Assembly: GCA_965116885.1 (NCBI GenBank)
Contig: OZ220741.1
Span: 320,001-384,000 of the forward strand
Length of the DNA: 64,000 nt
Source: Candidatus Latescibacterota bacterium
GTDB taxonomy: Bacteria; Latescibacterota; UBA2968
Reading direction: 5' to 3'
The notes under the pieces were generated by a model. It had not been told where the DNA came from. It worked only from the letters and a program-made list of their open reading frames with translations, and ran no database searches. A program made the position numbers and the translations under genes. Positions 48,382-57,847 of this stretch are shown here, piece after piece (position 1 is the first letter of the stretch; each line of letters starts with the position of its first letter).

Positions 48382-49512
48382 CTACTCCCGCCTCACTGCG
48401 ACATTCGCGAATAGTCCATTCGGCGCTCCCGAATTCGCGGTCACGATCTCCGGAAACCGATCACCGTTCAGATCGCCGACAGCCAACCCGTACGTCGAGC
48501 AGTCCGCGCATCCAAAGCGAAACTCGTCGAACTCCGGGATCTCGCCGCCCCGGTTGAAGTACACCGCATTCTGCGCGCCCACGTTTGCCACGATGATGTC
48601 CAGATCGCCGTCGAGATCCACGTCCGCCAGGCGGACCGCGTAACTCCGGCCGTCGGACCCGAACGACAGGCTGCGCTTGAACCCTTCCGCCCCGTCGCCG
48701 AAGTACACTGCATTCGCCTCGCCGATATTCGCCGACACGATGTCCAGGTGGCCGTCGCCATCTACATCGCCCACCGCCACGCCACGGGTCTCGTCACTGC
48801 CGGTTCCGTACCGGCTCACCCGATCGAAACTGCCTGCGTCGTTCCAGTGAACTGTGTTCGCGCCTCGGTTACGGTTGGCGAGCACAAGGTCCGGATCCCC
48901 GTCACCATCGAGGTCCACAGCGGCGACATTGATCGTGGAGTCATCCCCGGTTCCGAACGGCGTTCCCTCGCCGAAGCCCCCTGAACCATCTCCATGGAAG
49001 ATAAAGTTCTGGCGTCCCCGGTTGACAACCAGGATGTCGGTATGTCCGTCGGCGTCCAGATCGGCCAACGTCAGGCTCCGCGTCGAACTCGGCGTGCCGA
49101 AGACGGATCCGGCCTTGAAGCGACCCGCGCCATCGTTCAGAAAGACGAGATTCCGCGTGCGGTCGTTCCCCACCGCGACATCCAGGTCGCCATCGCCGTC
49201 GAAATCGGCCAGCGGCACGGCATACGTGCCGGCCTCTTCATCCCCAAGCCGCCGCGCTAGGGTGAAGGCGGCTCGCCCATCATTGAAATAGACCCGGTTC
49301 TGCTCGGGCCAGTGGCGACCATTGGCGACAATCACATCCAGTGTCCCGTCGCCGTTGACGTCGCCCAGACTCAGCGAGGCCGTCAGTTCGCTGCCCGCGC
49401 CCAACGACCTGCGTGCCCGGAATGTCCGCTGAGAGGGTTCGGTTTTCTGCTCTGGTGGATTCTGGCAAGCCATCAAAATGCCGCAGAAAGCCGCGAGACA
49501 GAGGCGAAACAT
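48382..49512 (-). CDS. FG-GAP/VCBS-repeat lipoprotein
   Basis: Lipobox LMAC, seven D.DGDG..D...N repeats. Confidence 0.9.
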   Translation of the reverse strand: MFRLCLAAFCGILMACQNPPEQKTEPSQRTFRARRSLGAGSELTASLSLGDVNGDGTLDVIVANGRHWPEQNRVYFNDGRAAFTLARRLGDEEAGTYAVPLADFDGDGDLDVAVGNDRTRNLVFLNDGAGRFKAGSVFGTPSSTRSLTLADLDADGHTDILVVNRGRQNFIFHGDGSGGFGEGTPFGTGDDSTINVAAVDLDGDGDPDLVLANRNRGANTVHWNDAGSFDRVSRYGTGSDETRGVAVGDVDGDGHLDIVSANIGEANAVYFGDGAEGFKRSLSFGSDGRSYAVRLADVDLDGDLDIIVANVGAQNAVYFNRGGEIPEFDEFRFGCADCSTYGLAVGDLNGDRFPEIVTANSGAPNGLFANVAVRRE

Positions 49513-49570
49513 AACATCTCCCGATATGGTTGATTTCAATATACCCAAAACACAGAACTTGTAAAAGAAA

Positions 49571-50608
49571 TCAGTCCCCTCTGCGATTCGCCTGTGATTG
49601 TGGCGTAAGATCAAACCACGTCTCGTGGCCCTGAAAAAAACGATCGAGCTCATCGACCATAAGTTTGAAAAAGTGGGGATAATCATCGCCCGTATAGCCC
49701 GAAAAATGTGGGCTTAAAAACACATTGGGAAGGTGAATAATCTCACTGTCGGGAGGAATGGGTTCCGGATCAAAAACCTCGAGACCAGCGGTAATATCAC
49801 CTCGCTTAAGGCGTTCAATCAAAGCATCGGAATCGACAATCGCGCCGCGCGAAACATTGACAAAGGCCGACCCGGGTCGGATGAGATCGAGTTCGCGTTT
49901 CCCAATCATACCTCTGGTGCGCGGTGTAAGCGGGGCAACACAGACAATAACATCGCATTCCGCAAAAATCTTATCCATCGAAGTCTGCGTAAAACCCACA
50001 ATCTCGGCAATATCGCGGGACAAATACGGATCATAAACCCAGATATCCGTATTAAAAGGACGCAAAAAAGAAATGAGACGGCGCCCCATATGCCCACACC
50101 CAATAAGACCGACGCGCTTGCCGAATAGCATACCCCGCATATCGCGGTTTTTAGCGCCAATGGTATCGCCAGCGATAATGCTGCGAAACGCCGCCCCCGC
50201 ATTGCGCAGCGCGATCAGGATAAGCGCGAGCGCCCATTCGGCAACTGGATAAGACGACCCCTGAGTCGTATCAACCGTGCGGATACCGCGTTCCCAGGCC
50301 GCATCGAGATCAATCCGCGCGGCAAAGCGGTCGCCTTCCAATTCGCCAACCAACTTCAAATGCGGCGCATTATCCATCACCTCGGCATCAATCGTGGGGC
50401 ACCCGGAGCACACGACAACAGCATCTACATCCCCAATACAATCAATTAAACCCGCAATAGTTCCGGGGGCGCGAGGGGCTTCATAAATATTGCCACCCTC
50501 GCACTCAAACCAATCCCATGTGGCAAAGGTCTCGAGACGGGCGAGTTCCTCCGGCGGAAAATAGCTATCGCGAATGCGCTTATTAGACGCGAGAAGGACT
50601 TTTGGCAT
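49571..50608 (-). CDS. D-isomer-specific 2-hydroxyacid dehydrogenase
   Basis: VAE, GLIGCGHMG, FVNVSRG, VF..EP, SPH.SG. Confidence 0.9.
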   Translation of the reverse strand: MPKVLLASNKRIRDSYFPPEELARLETFATWDWFECEGGNIYEAPRAPGTIAGLIDCIGDVDAVVVCSGCPTIDAEVMDNAPHLKLVGELEGDRFAARIDLDAAWERGIRTVDTTQGSSYPVAEWALALILIALRNAGAAFRSIIAGDTIGAKNRDMRGMLFGKRVGLIGCGHMGRRLISFLRPFNTDIWVYDPYLSRDIAEIVGFTQTSMDKIFAECDVIVCVAPLTPRTRGMIGKRELDLIRPGSAFVNVSRGAIVDSDALIERLKRGDITAGLEVFDPEPIPPDSEIIHLPNVFLSPHFSGYTGDDYPHFFKLMVDELDRFFQGHETWFDLTPQSQANRRGD

Positions 50609-50645
50609 AACTAACCTCTTTTCAAATTGGGCATATTCTCATCTC

Positions 50646-51497
50646 CTACTTCAACCCCTCACCCGGTATCCACTGTATCTCTATCGGCTCTACCTCGCCA
50701 TCATACGCGATTCTGAGCGGTTCCATCAGAGCCTGTAACTCTATAGACGATGACACAGCATCACTGTTATTACCTTCTGCCAGAGCGACCGTGGCCTGCG
50801 TGCGCTCTGGCAAAGCGACAAAGTCCGGATAGTACCACATCGTGAGCACAGTCCTGCGCTGATCTGTCTGGTTCGCATGCGAAGCGTGCAACAGGCTGCC
50901 ATAACCCATCACGAGATCGCCAGCTTTAACGGGAACATCAATCTCGTCATCCACCCGCGAAAACCCCGGATCGTCCGGATTGGCATATTTTCTAAGCTCA
51001 TCTGTATGGCTCGGAGAAATCTCGTCGTGTAATGAATGACGCTTGAGATGCGATCCCGGAACCACGCGCAAACACCCGTTTTGCGGCATCGTATCGGTCA
51101 GATAATACATCAAAAAACACTGAATGGGCTGCGTTGTATAGCTCACCGGATCATCCCAAAAACGACCATCTTCGTGCCAGAACAGCGGCGGACTATGCGG
51201 CGGCTTGCTGATAATGCGTCCATGTCCAAACTTTGGTTCATCAAACCCGAGCTGTTTTAACGCATTGAGCGCATTGGGATGGGCAATGAGTTCAGCCATC
51301 ACCGGATACTGATACGCCATAGCCCAATCGATCATGACCATACTCCCGGTCGTGCGATGCATCTCAAAATGCTCCGGCTCCTGCTCGGAGAGCACATCAT
51401 CGCTAAAGCGCTGCAATCGATCTACCAGAGCAGAATCGAGAATATTCTCAAACACATAGAACCCATCGCGAGCAAATTGTTCTCGTTTGGTAAACAA
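50646..51497 (-). CDS. PhyH-family Fe(II)/2OG dioxygenase
   Basis: WHED, NGCLRVVPGSH, LLHAS..N...RR. Confidence 0.88.
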   Translation of the reverse strand: MFTKREQFARDGFYVFENILDSALVDRLQRFSDDVLSEQEPEHFEMHRTTGSMVMIDWAMAYQYPVMAELIAHPNALNALKQLGFDEPKFGHGRIISKPPHSPPLFWHEDGRFWDDPVSYTTQPIQCFLMYYLTDTMPQNGCLRVVPGSHLKRHSLHDEISPSHTDELRKYANPDDPGFSRVDDEIDVPVKAGDLVMGYGSLLHASHANQTDQRRTVLTMWYYPDFVALPERTQATVALAEGNNSDAVSSSIELQALMEPLRIAYDGEVEPIEIQWIPGEGLK

Positions 51498-51534
51498 GGC
51501 AAACCTCCTTGTTACACAACATAGTCAAACACAT

Positions 51535-52434
51535 CTAATTGGGTATTTGACCAATCCGAAGCCACCTGATTTTCCCACTCTCTTCATCTTCTGAAAAATA
51601 AATCTGAATAGCTTTGCCAAGTAAATTTTCTATTGGAACAGCGCCCCAAAATCGACTGTCGTAACTATCGTCCCGGTTATCGCCCAAAGCAAAAAAGTGC
51701 CCATCGGGAACGGCATAAGGACCAAAATTATCTCGCGGGCTATTCTGTTTGTCCCACACTCTCAGATCCTCGTTCTTAACGCCTTCAGCATCCTCAAATC
51801 GCTTTCCATCTACATACACACCCTTATCTTCTATTTTCACTATTTGCCCTTCAATAGCTATGCATCGTTTGATAAACGCGCGTTTGGGATCTTTTGGAAA
51901 TTTGAAAATGACCAAATCCCCTATATCTGGCCGATCAACACCTATCACGCGATTCTCCACAAATGGGATTCTAATTCCATAGGCAGACATACTTGCAAAT
52001 ATGTAATCGCCACTCAAAAAGGTATCTGCCATTGCCATACTGGGAATACTAAACGTTCTAAGTACACAGGTTCTTAGAAACGGTTTCATGACGATCTCAG
52101 AAACGAACAGTATTACAACAATAGCTACCAGATAAACCAACCAGTGATTACATCTTTTTCGCTGAAAATCTCGAGTTGATTTTCTTGCTGTTTTGAATGC
52201 ATCCCAGGCAATGTAAAAATAGATAACCAGGAAACAAAACATGGCTATCCCAAGATTCAAGGGAGCAATCGCAAGACCTCCTAAAATGATGAGGATCGAT
52301 AAAAATATCCCCCCTGAATAAAGAACATAAAACATGATCCCTTTTTTGAGTTGTCCATTATAAACCTGACCGAGTCCCGGAAATGGAAGCCCCAATAAAA
52401 TTGCCAACCACCATTTTCTTTCCTGCGTTTTCAC
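51535..52434 (-). CDS. lepB: Signal peptidase I with multi-TM N-terminus
   Basis: PGLGQVYNG, IPS.AM..T...GD, FIKRCI, GDNRD.S.DSRFWG. Confidence 0.88.
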   Translation of the reverse strand: MKTQERKWWLAILLGLPFPGLGQVYNGQLKKGIMFYVLYSGGIFLSILIILGGLAIAPLNLGIAMFCFLVIYFYIAWDAFKTARKSTRDFQRKRCNHWLVYLVAIVVILFVSEIVMKPFLRTCVLRTFSIPSMAMADTFLSGDYIFASMSAYGIRIPFVENRVIGVDRPDIGDLVIFKFPKDPKRAFIKRCIAIEGQIVKIEDKGVYVDGKRFEDAEGVKNEDLRVWDKQNSPRDNFGPYAVPDGHFFALGDNRDDSYDSRFWGAVPIENLLGKAIQIYFSEDEESGKIRWLRIGQIPN

Positions 52435-52449
52435 GCCATCAATCTCCTG

Positions 52450-53916
52450 CTAAACCTCTGGCAATAAAGTCCTATCATCTGTCCGTATCTGCCACTGACG
52501 AATACGCTCAGTCAGGTCCCGGATGCGGTCCCGGCATTTGGGATCATCGAAATGATTGACGGTCTCATACGGATCGGCGTTTAGATCGTAGAGTTCACAC
52601 TGATCGTGCGCGCTGAGATTGAGTTTCCAGCGGTCGGAAGAAATAACAGATCGCCACGGCGTACTCATAGCGGGATTGACCTCGGCCTCACCGGGACGCG
52701 GGTGTCCATCATTGCGGTTCCACTGAATAAAAACATCATTTCCCGACAATGTCGCATCGCCGTCCAGCACGGGCACGCGGCTCTCGCCTTGCAGGTGATC
52801 GGGAATAGATTCACCCATCAAATCCAGAAGCGTAGGCACGAGATCAATATGTGAAATATTCCCCCCAATCACACGCTGCTGACTGGATAAATAGGGCACA
52901 TGAATGAGAAGTGGCACCTTGACGGACTCCTCGTACAAAACAGTCTTGCCCAAAATACCGTGATCGCCCACCATCTCGCCGTGATCGCTGGTAAACACAA
53001 TAATCGTATTATCCGCCTGACCGCTCTCCTCAAGCGCAGCGAGAATTTTGCCAACAGAGCGATCGATCAACGTAACATTGCCATAATAGCGCGCGCGAAC
53101 AGCACGCCAGCCCTCATCTGTGCGAAGATCGTAACCGTATTCCTCGGATTCCATATAATAAGCGGACAAAACGCGATTGAGAAGAGACGCATTAGCCGGT
53201 GGCTTCTGGCGAAATGTGGGACCAACGGGAAGTCCTGAAGGATCGTAATAATCGTTTAATGGACCGGTATGCGGTGGATGCGGCTCCAGATAAGAAACAG
53301 CCAGCACAAAAGGATCATCGCCACAGTCGCGTATAAATTGGGCAGCGCGGTCGCCCTGGAAAGACGCCTTGGTAAACGGTTCGTCCATACTCGCTTCAAC
53401 ATGGCGGGAAAAAACGCGCTGACCTTCGGATTCGGAATTGGGTTCGAAGCCATTTTCCACGAGAAAGTGATGGTAGGCACTGCGGTATGCATGGCGTTCA
53501 GAACTCGAAAAAAAGCGACGGTACGAATCCTCGGTACCAACCCATTCGGAAAAACCGTGCTGCGGAAAAATTTCATCGCCAAGATGCCACTTGCCATTAT
53601 AACAACAGCGATAATCCGAAGACACCATCTCCGCAATGGTTTGCACATCTCGAGGCAGCGGAACATTGCACGCCGGCACGCGCGCGGTATGCGGGTAAAG
53701 ACCGCACAACATCGTGGCACGCGAGGGACTACACACGGGCTGGCTCACATAGGCATTCTCAAAAACAAAACTCCTATCCGCAAGCGCATTGAGATGCAGC
53801 GTATCAATATGATCATTGCCATAACACCGCATCGTATCCGCGCGCTGTTGATCCGTAAAAATAAATAACAAATTCGGTTTTCTAAGAAATGCGCTCATCA
53901 TCAAAACCTCCAGCAA
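52450..53916 (-). CDS. Sulfatase (Cys-type formylglycine)
   Basis: PNLLFIFTDQQR, CSPSRA, GKWHLG, FTSDHG. Start could be one of the downstream Met codons. Confidence 0.93.
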   Translation of the reverse strand: MLEVLMMSAFLRKPNLLFIFTDQQRADTMRCYGNDHIDTLHLNALADRSFVFENAYVSQPVCSPSRATMLCGLYPHTARVPACNVPLPRDVQTIAEMVSSDYRCCYNGKWHLGDEIFPQHGFSEWVGTEDSYRRFFSSSERHAYRSAYHHFLVENGFEPNSESEGQRVFSRHVEASMDEPFTKASFQGDRAAQFIRDCGDDPFVLAVSYLEPHPPHTGPLNDYYDPSGLPVGPTFRQKPPANASLLNRVLSAYYMESEEYGYDLRTDEGWRAVRARYYGNVTLIDRSVGKILAALEESGQADNTIIVFTSDHGEMVGDHGILGKTVLYEESVKVPLLIHVPYLSSQQRVIGGNISHIDLVPTLLDLMGESIPDHLQGESRVPVLDGDATLSGNDVFIQWNRNDGHPRPGEAEVNPAMSTPWRSVISSDRWKLNLSAHDQCELYDLNADPYETVNHFDDPKCRDRIRDLTERIRQWQIRTDDRTLLPEV

Positions 53917-53960
53917 TCAGCAGTCAGCCCGCCCTACTACCTATTCCTAATTTTTAATTT

Positions 53961-55178
53961 TTAATTCGTCAACCGCCACTGCGACCTGGGAATCACAACA
54001 GCGATCACAGCGAGAACGACACACCCCGCAATGGCAAACACCGCGCAGTGCAAAAGCGTATGAGACAGCCCAATATCCGAACCTTCTGAAATACCAGCGA
54101 GAAGGGTCAAACAAAGAGAAAATGACAAACGTCCAATCAGACTCTGAATTGAAAGATACGTCGCGCGATGGTGTTGTTGCAAACGCGGTACAACTGCAGC
54201 ATTGAGAGGCGCAATCATAAGCGCGCGCGGAACAGAGCGCAAAGCCAACAAAAGCGCAACAACGGGATGAAAAAAGAACCCCATCAATGCAATGAGAACA
54301 ACCTGCACCCCTGCGCTGAGCATAAGTGCCGACCGGGTACCGAGATGATCGCGTAGGCGAATACTCTGTCTTGCAAACCATGCAGCAATGCCCATCGTCA
54401 GCGCCGTGTGCAAACCCGTAAGCAACGGCGTGGGAGCCTGTCCGCCGAGCAACTGGATATAGGGCTGATAAAATTCATAAGGGATATGGTTGACAACCGT
54501 CATAAAAACGGAAAACAGCATCAACCACCCGAGCACGGGTTGGCTGAGATACGCAAGACAGGCGCGAATCTGCAAAAAAAATCCCGAAGCCTGTCGCGCA
54601 GTGCTGGCCTCTCGGTCGGGTTCGGCAAATAACAAAACCAGCGCAAAAGCCACGCACGCCGCCAACAAAGACAGGCCATAAGCGACGCGCAAAGCAAAGA
54701 TAGACACCGCCCCCCCAAGGAGCGCAGCACCTGCCGAAGCAATAAAAACATTCCGCGTAATGCGCGCTTCGCGCTGGGGATAGGCATCTTCTCGCCCCAA
54801 ACATTTGAGCAAATCGTAGTGAAACGACGTATCCGTGCCAGACCGAAAGGCCATGCTTGCAGCCAGCCCAATTTGCGCCAGCACAAAAATACCAAAAGAC
54901 CCACCCAAAAAAAACAGAGCGTACGCAAAGATCGCTGAAGCAGCAGAAATCAGAAGGGTCAGACGACGCCCCAGAGTATCGGACAAATACCCGGAGGGCA
55001 CTTCCAGAACAACAACCGCAACATAGTAAATGGCTTCAAGACGCAGCACCTGCTCAATGGGCATGTGCTCGTTAAAATACAAAAAAAACACAGGCAACCA
55101 GAAATACGCCTGCGCGAGGGGAGCATAAATCGGATACAATCGAACGCTGCGGGTGAGTTCAGAATGTAACATCGTCAA
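53961..55178 (-). CDS. MFS transporter
   Basis: LEVPSGYLSDTLGRR, SGTD, RAT.LS, about 12 TM segments. Confidence 0.88.
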   Translation of the reverse strand: MTMLHSELTRSVRLYPIYAPLAQAYFWLPVFFLYFNEHMPIEQVLRLEAIYYVAVVVLEVPSGYLSDTLGRRLTLLISAASAIFAYALFFLGGSFGIFVLAQIGLAASMAFRSGTDTSFHYDLLKCLGREDAYPQREARITRNVFIASAGAALLGGAVSIFALRVAYGLSLLAACVAFALVLLFAEPDREASTARQASGFFLQIRACLAYLSQPVLGWLMLFSVFMTVVNHIPYEFYQPYIQLLGGQAPTPLLTGLHTALTMGIAAWFARQSIRLRDHLGTRSALMLSAGVQVVLIALMGFFFHPVVALLLALRSVPRALMIAPLNAAVVPRLQQHHRATYLSIQSLIGRLSFSLCLTLLAGISEGSDIGLSHTLLHCAVFAIAGCVVLAVIAVVIPRSQWRLTN

Positions 55179-55190
55179 TTGCGGATGGTT

Positions 55191-55535
55191 TTACTCATGC
55201 CTGAAACTGACCATAGCGCGGTTCACCGTTCTGAACGTTTGGAAGGCCGAAGCCAGAGACGTGACCATGAGAATACTCTCAATTCTTCTGGTAATACCCA
55301 CCAGACGCAAATCACCACCTGCAGCCTTAACAGTCGCCAGAGATGCCGTGAGAACTCCGAGCATCGCACTGCCAAACCATCTGACAGCAGAAAAATCGAC
55401 AATCACGCGATTGGTGCCACTTGCAACGAGTTGTTTGATGTGGTCGTGAAACGGCATAACATCAGGACCGTCCATCAGTTCACCTGTAAGGGTAATAATC
55501 GCAATATCATCCTTGATTTCTTCTTTCAGATTCAT
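55191..55535 (-). CDS. STAS-domain anti-sigma-factor antagonist
   Basis: AAGGAAG before MNLKEE, VIVDFSAVRWFGSAMLG.L, GGDLRL. Confidence 0.85.
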   Translation of the reverse strand: MNLKEEIKDDIAIITLTGELMDGPDVMPFHDHIKQLVASGTNRVIVDFSAVRWFGSAMLGVLTASLATVKAAGGDLRLVGITRRIESILMVTSLASAFQTFRTVNRAMVSFRHE

Positions 55536-55776
55536 AGCTACTTCCTTTGTTAAATGAGATTGGATATTCCTCGACAGCGATAACATAAGCCCCTTATACC
55601 GATTTTACAACTATTTCTTAATCTATAAAAGGGACTGGCATGGAATTTGCAGGAGTGAAATACAACCTGGAAATTGCAGGTATAATGAACGATATGTTCA
55701 AGTTAAACCGCGTGAAATGAACGCAACATGCTTGACTTTTCAGCTATTTTTCTTCATTGTGTGAATAGGAAATTGC

Positions 55777-56109
55777 ATGGCTATCGGCAGACGATGGGCG
55801 GTTAAAGATCAATACGGCAACATCATCTATCTTACCGATGAAAGATGGGAGCACATTATTGATCCCTGGAACCATCCTGAAATGCGGGATTTTGAAGCAC
55901 ATCTTCGGGATACAATTCGATTGGGACAACGCAAACAAGAACCTTTGAATTTTCATAAATACCGATACAGCAAACCCTTTGACGACCTGGTCGGAGACAA
56001 TACGCATATCGTCGCCATTGTCCTTTTCAAATTTCGGGAAGTAAACGGCCATGAGATTGCGAACAATTATATTCTCACAGCGTACCAAAAAGAGATTCTG
56101 ACAATATGA
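55777..56109 (+). CDS. Putative RelE/BECR-fold toxin-like protein
   Basis: IYLTDERWEHI...HPEM..ILTAY pattern, coupled (ATGA) to a DUF2283-like gene. Confidence 0.6.
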   Translation: MAIGRRWAVKDQYGNIIYLTDERWEHIIDPWNHPEMRDFEAHLRDTIRLGQRKQEPLNFHKYRYSKPFDDLVGDNTHIVAIVLFKFREVNGHEIANNYILTAYQKEILTI

Positions 56110-56468
56110 ATGAACCCAATTTCAACTACGACAGAGAAAGTGATACACTCTATATTTCATTTGAACCCAATGTTAAAGCAACAGGCATTGCGCTGAATGA
56201 TCATATCCTACTTCGGATTGATAAGGCCAAACGCAAAGCTGTTGGACTGACATTTTTTGACTATTCGATTTTGACGCAACAAACGAACATAGGGCCTCGG
56301 AGTTTCCCCTTGACGGGCCTGAACGATCTATCCGATGCACTGAGAGATATGGTTGTAGATATTCTTCAACGCTCACCCATCAAAGAAATCCTTCCGCTAT
56401 CGGCCTATACGCCATCTGCCATTGAAATGATTCCCATTACATCACTGATGTTACACAGGAAGCATTGA
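56106..56468 (+). CDS. DUF2283-like protein (putative antitoxin)
   Basis: YDRESDTLYISF..ILLRID....VGLT..D.S. Confidence 0.7.
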   Translation: MNEPNFNYDRESDTLYISFEPNVKATGIALNDHILLRIDKAKRKAVGLTFFDYSILTQQTNIGPRSFPLTGLNDLSDALRDMVVDILQRSPIKEILPLSAYTPSAIEMIPITSLMLHRKH

Positions 56469-56528
56469 CCTACTATCGCAGTAATACACCATTCACTCGC
56501 CTTCATACCCCACTGACAAAGACTATCG

Positions 56529-56563
56529 AAAAAACGGGACACCTGAATCAGGTCCCGTTTTTG
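56529..56563. terminator. Bidirectional terminator
   Basis: AAAAAACGGGAC..GTCCCGTTTTT between convergent genes. Confidence 0.75.
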
Positions 56564-56567
56564 CTTT

Positions 56568-57680
56568 TTAAGTCATCGGATCTCGTTTGAGCAAAGGCAG
56601 TGGATTGGGCGTGACGAGCACACCGCCATTTTCATAGGACTCAATCGCCGCCCACGTGTATTCGAGAGCCGCGAGTGCATCGTGACCCGAAGCGCGGAGC
56701 TCTTCTCTGGGCACACCATTGGTGACATCCTCGAGAAAGGCGTGGATGCGATTGGGAAATGTGGAGCCAAAGTCAGCAATCCCCGAATCATCAACAATGG
56801 GATCGGGTGCGGCACCGTGCGACATATTCTCCGGCATAGGTGCTGTGCCAGGCGCGGGCCAGAAAGTGATTTTTTCAACGCAATTTTCAATACAAAAAGT
56901 CCCGCGCGTACCCGCCACTTCAACGCTCCACCAGCCACCCAGACCAAAAGTGACATCGCCGCGCTGACTCAACAAATAACCCATCGCGCCGCTTTCAAAA
57001 CGCACGTGAATGCTATTGAGGGAAATCATGAGATCGCCCGCTTGCTTGCGAAAACTGGGGCGGTCAAAAAATGCCTGCACATGGGTGATATTGCCGCAAA
57101 AATCGCGCATCACGCTAAAGGGATGCGTGAGAAAAGCCTTAACGTGAAAATAGGGATGTCCCCACGATTTAGGCCCTTTGCCTGGCCTATAAGTCTCTTC
57201 ACCACCTGCAAAACCCATCTTGTGAATACAGTAAATTTGTTCGCCCACTTTGCCTTCTGCGATATATTCTCGCGCTTTGTCCGCCGGTTGAGAAAAATAA
57301 TGGTTGAGATTGCAGCCGAGGTACAGATTTTGTTCTGCGGCATAAGCGACCATATCGCGAGCTTCATCAATATCGTTGGACAGGGGTTTTTCACACAAAA
57401 CGTGTCTGCCAGCGGCGAGAGCCTCCATCGTCGGTTCATAGTGCCAACTGCCATTCTCATTTCCCCCGGTCGTGACATCGACAATATCCAGATCCTCGTT
57501 CTCCAACATATCTTTGAGACTATAATAAGCTTTAACACCGTGTCTTTCCGCAGCCTTATCCGCGGACTCTTTGACAACATCGCACACCGCAACGAGATCT
57601 GCCAGGTCTTCTTCAGCATGACAGCCCGCATGCCGATTGCCAACACCACCCATACCAACAACACCAACTTTAAGTGCCAT
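56568..57680 (-). CDS. Gfo/Idh/MocA oxidoreductase
   Basis: VGVVGMGGVG..H, HVLCEKP. Confidence 0.92.
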   Translation of the reverse strand: MALKVGVVGMGGVGNRHAGCHAEEDLADLVAVCDVVKESADKAAERHGVKAYYSLKDMLENEDLDIVDVTTGGNENGSWHYEPTMEALAAGRHVLCEKPLSNDIDEARDMVAYAAEQNLYLGCNLNHYFSQPADKAREYIAEGKVGEQIYCIHKMGFAGGEETYRPGKGPKSWGHPYFHVKAFLTHPFSVMRDFCGNITHVQAFFDRPSFRKQAGDLMISLNSIHVRFESGAMGYLLSQRGDVTFGLGGWWSVEVAGTRGTFCIENCVEKITFWPAPGTAPMPENMSHGAAPDPIVDDSGIADFGSTFPNRIHAFLEDVTNGVPREELRASGHDALAALEYTWAAIESYENGGVLVTPNPLPLLKRDPMT

Positions 57681-57847
57681 AAAACCATCTCCTGAAAAAA
57701 GTGATTAGTGAATCGCTTAATCTAAAGTATCCCGCGCTCAAACCGCTTGAGCACCTCGCCCAGTCCGGACAACGGCACCACCTCACCATAAATAACCGAA
57801 GATGTGACAATATGCAACTTAAACTTTCAAATTTACCCCATTATCCA

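Noticed and set aside
57701..57847. Small ORF or RNA between the oxidoreductase and ThDP enzyme
   Set aside because: No RBS, motif or convincing structure.
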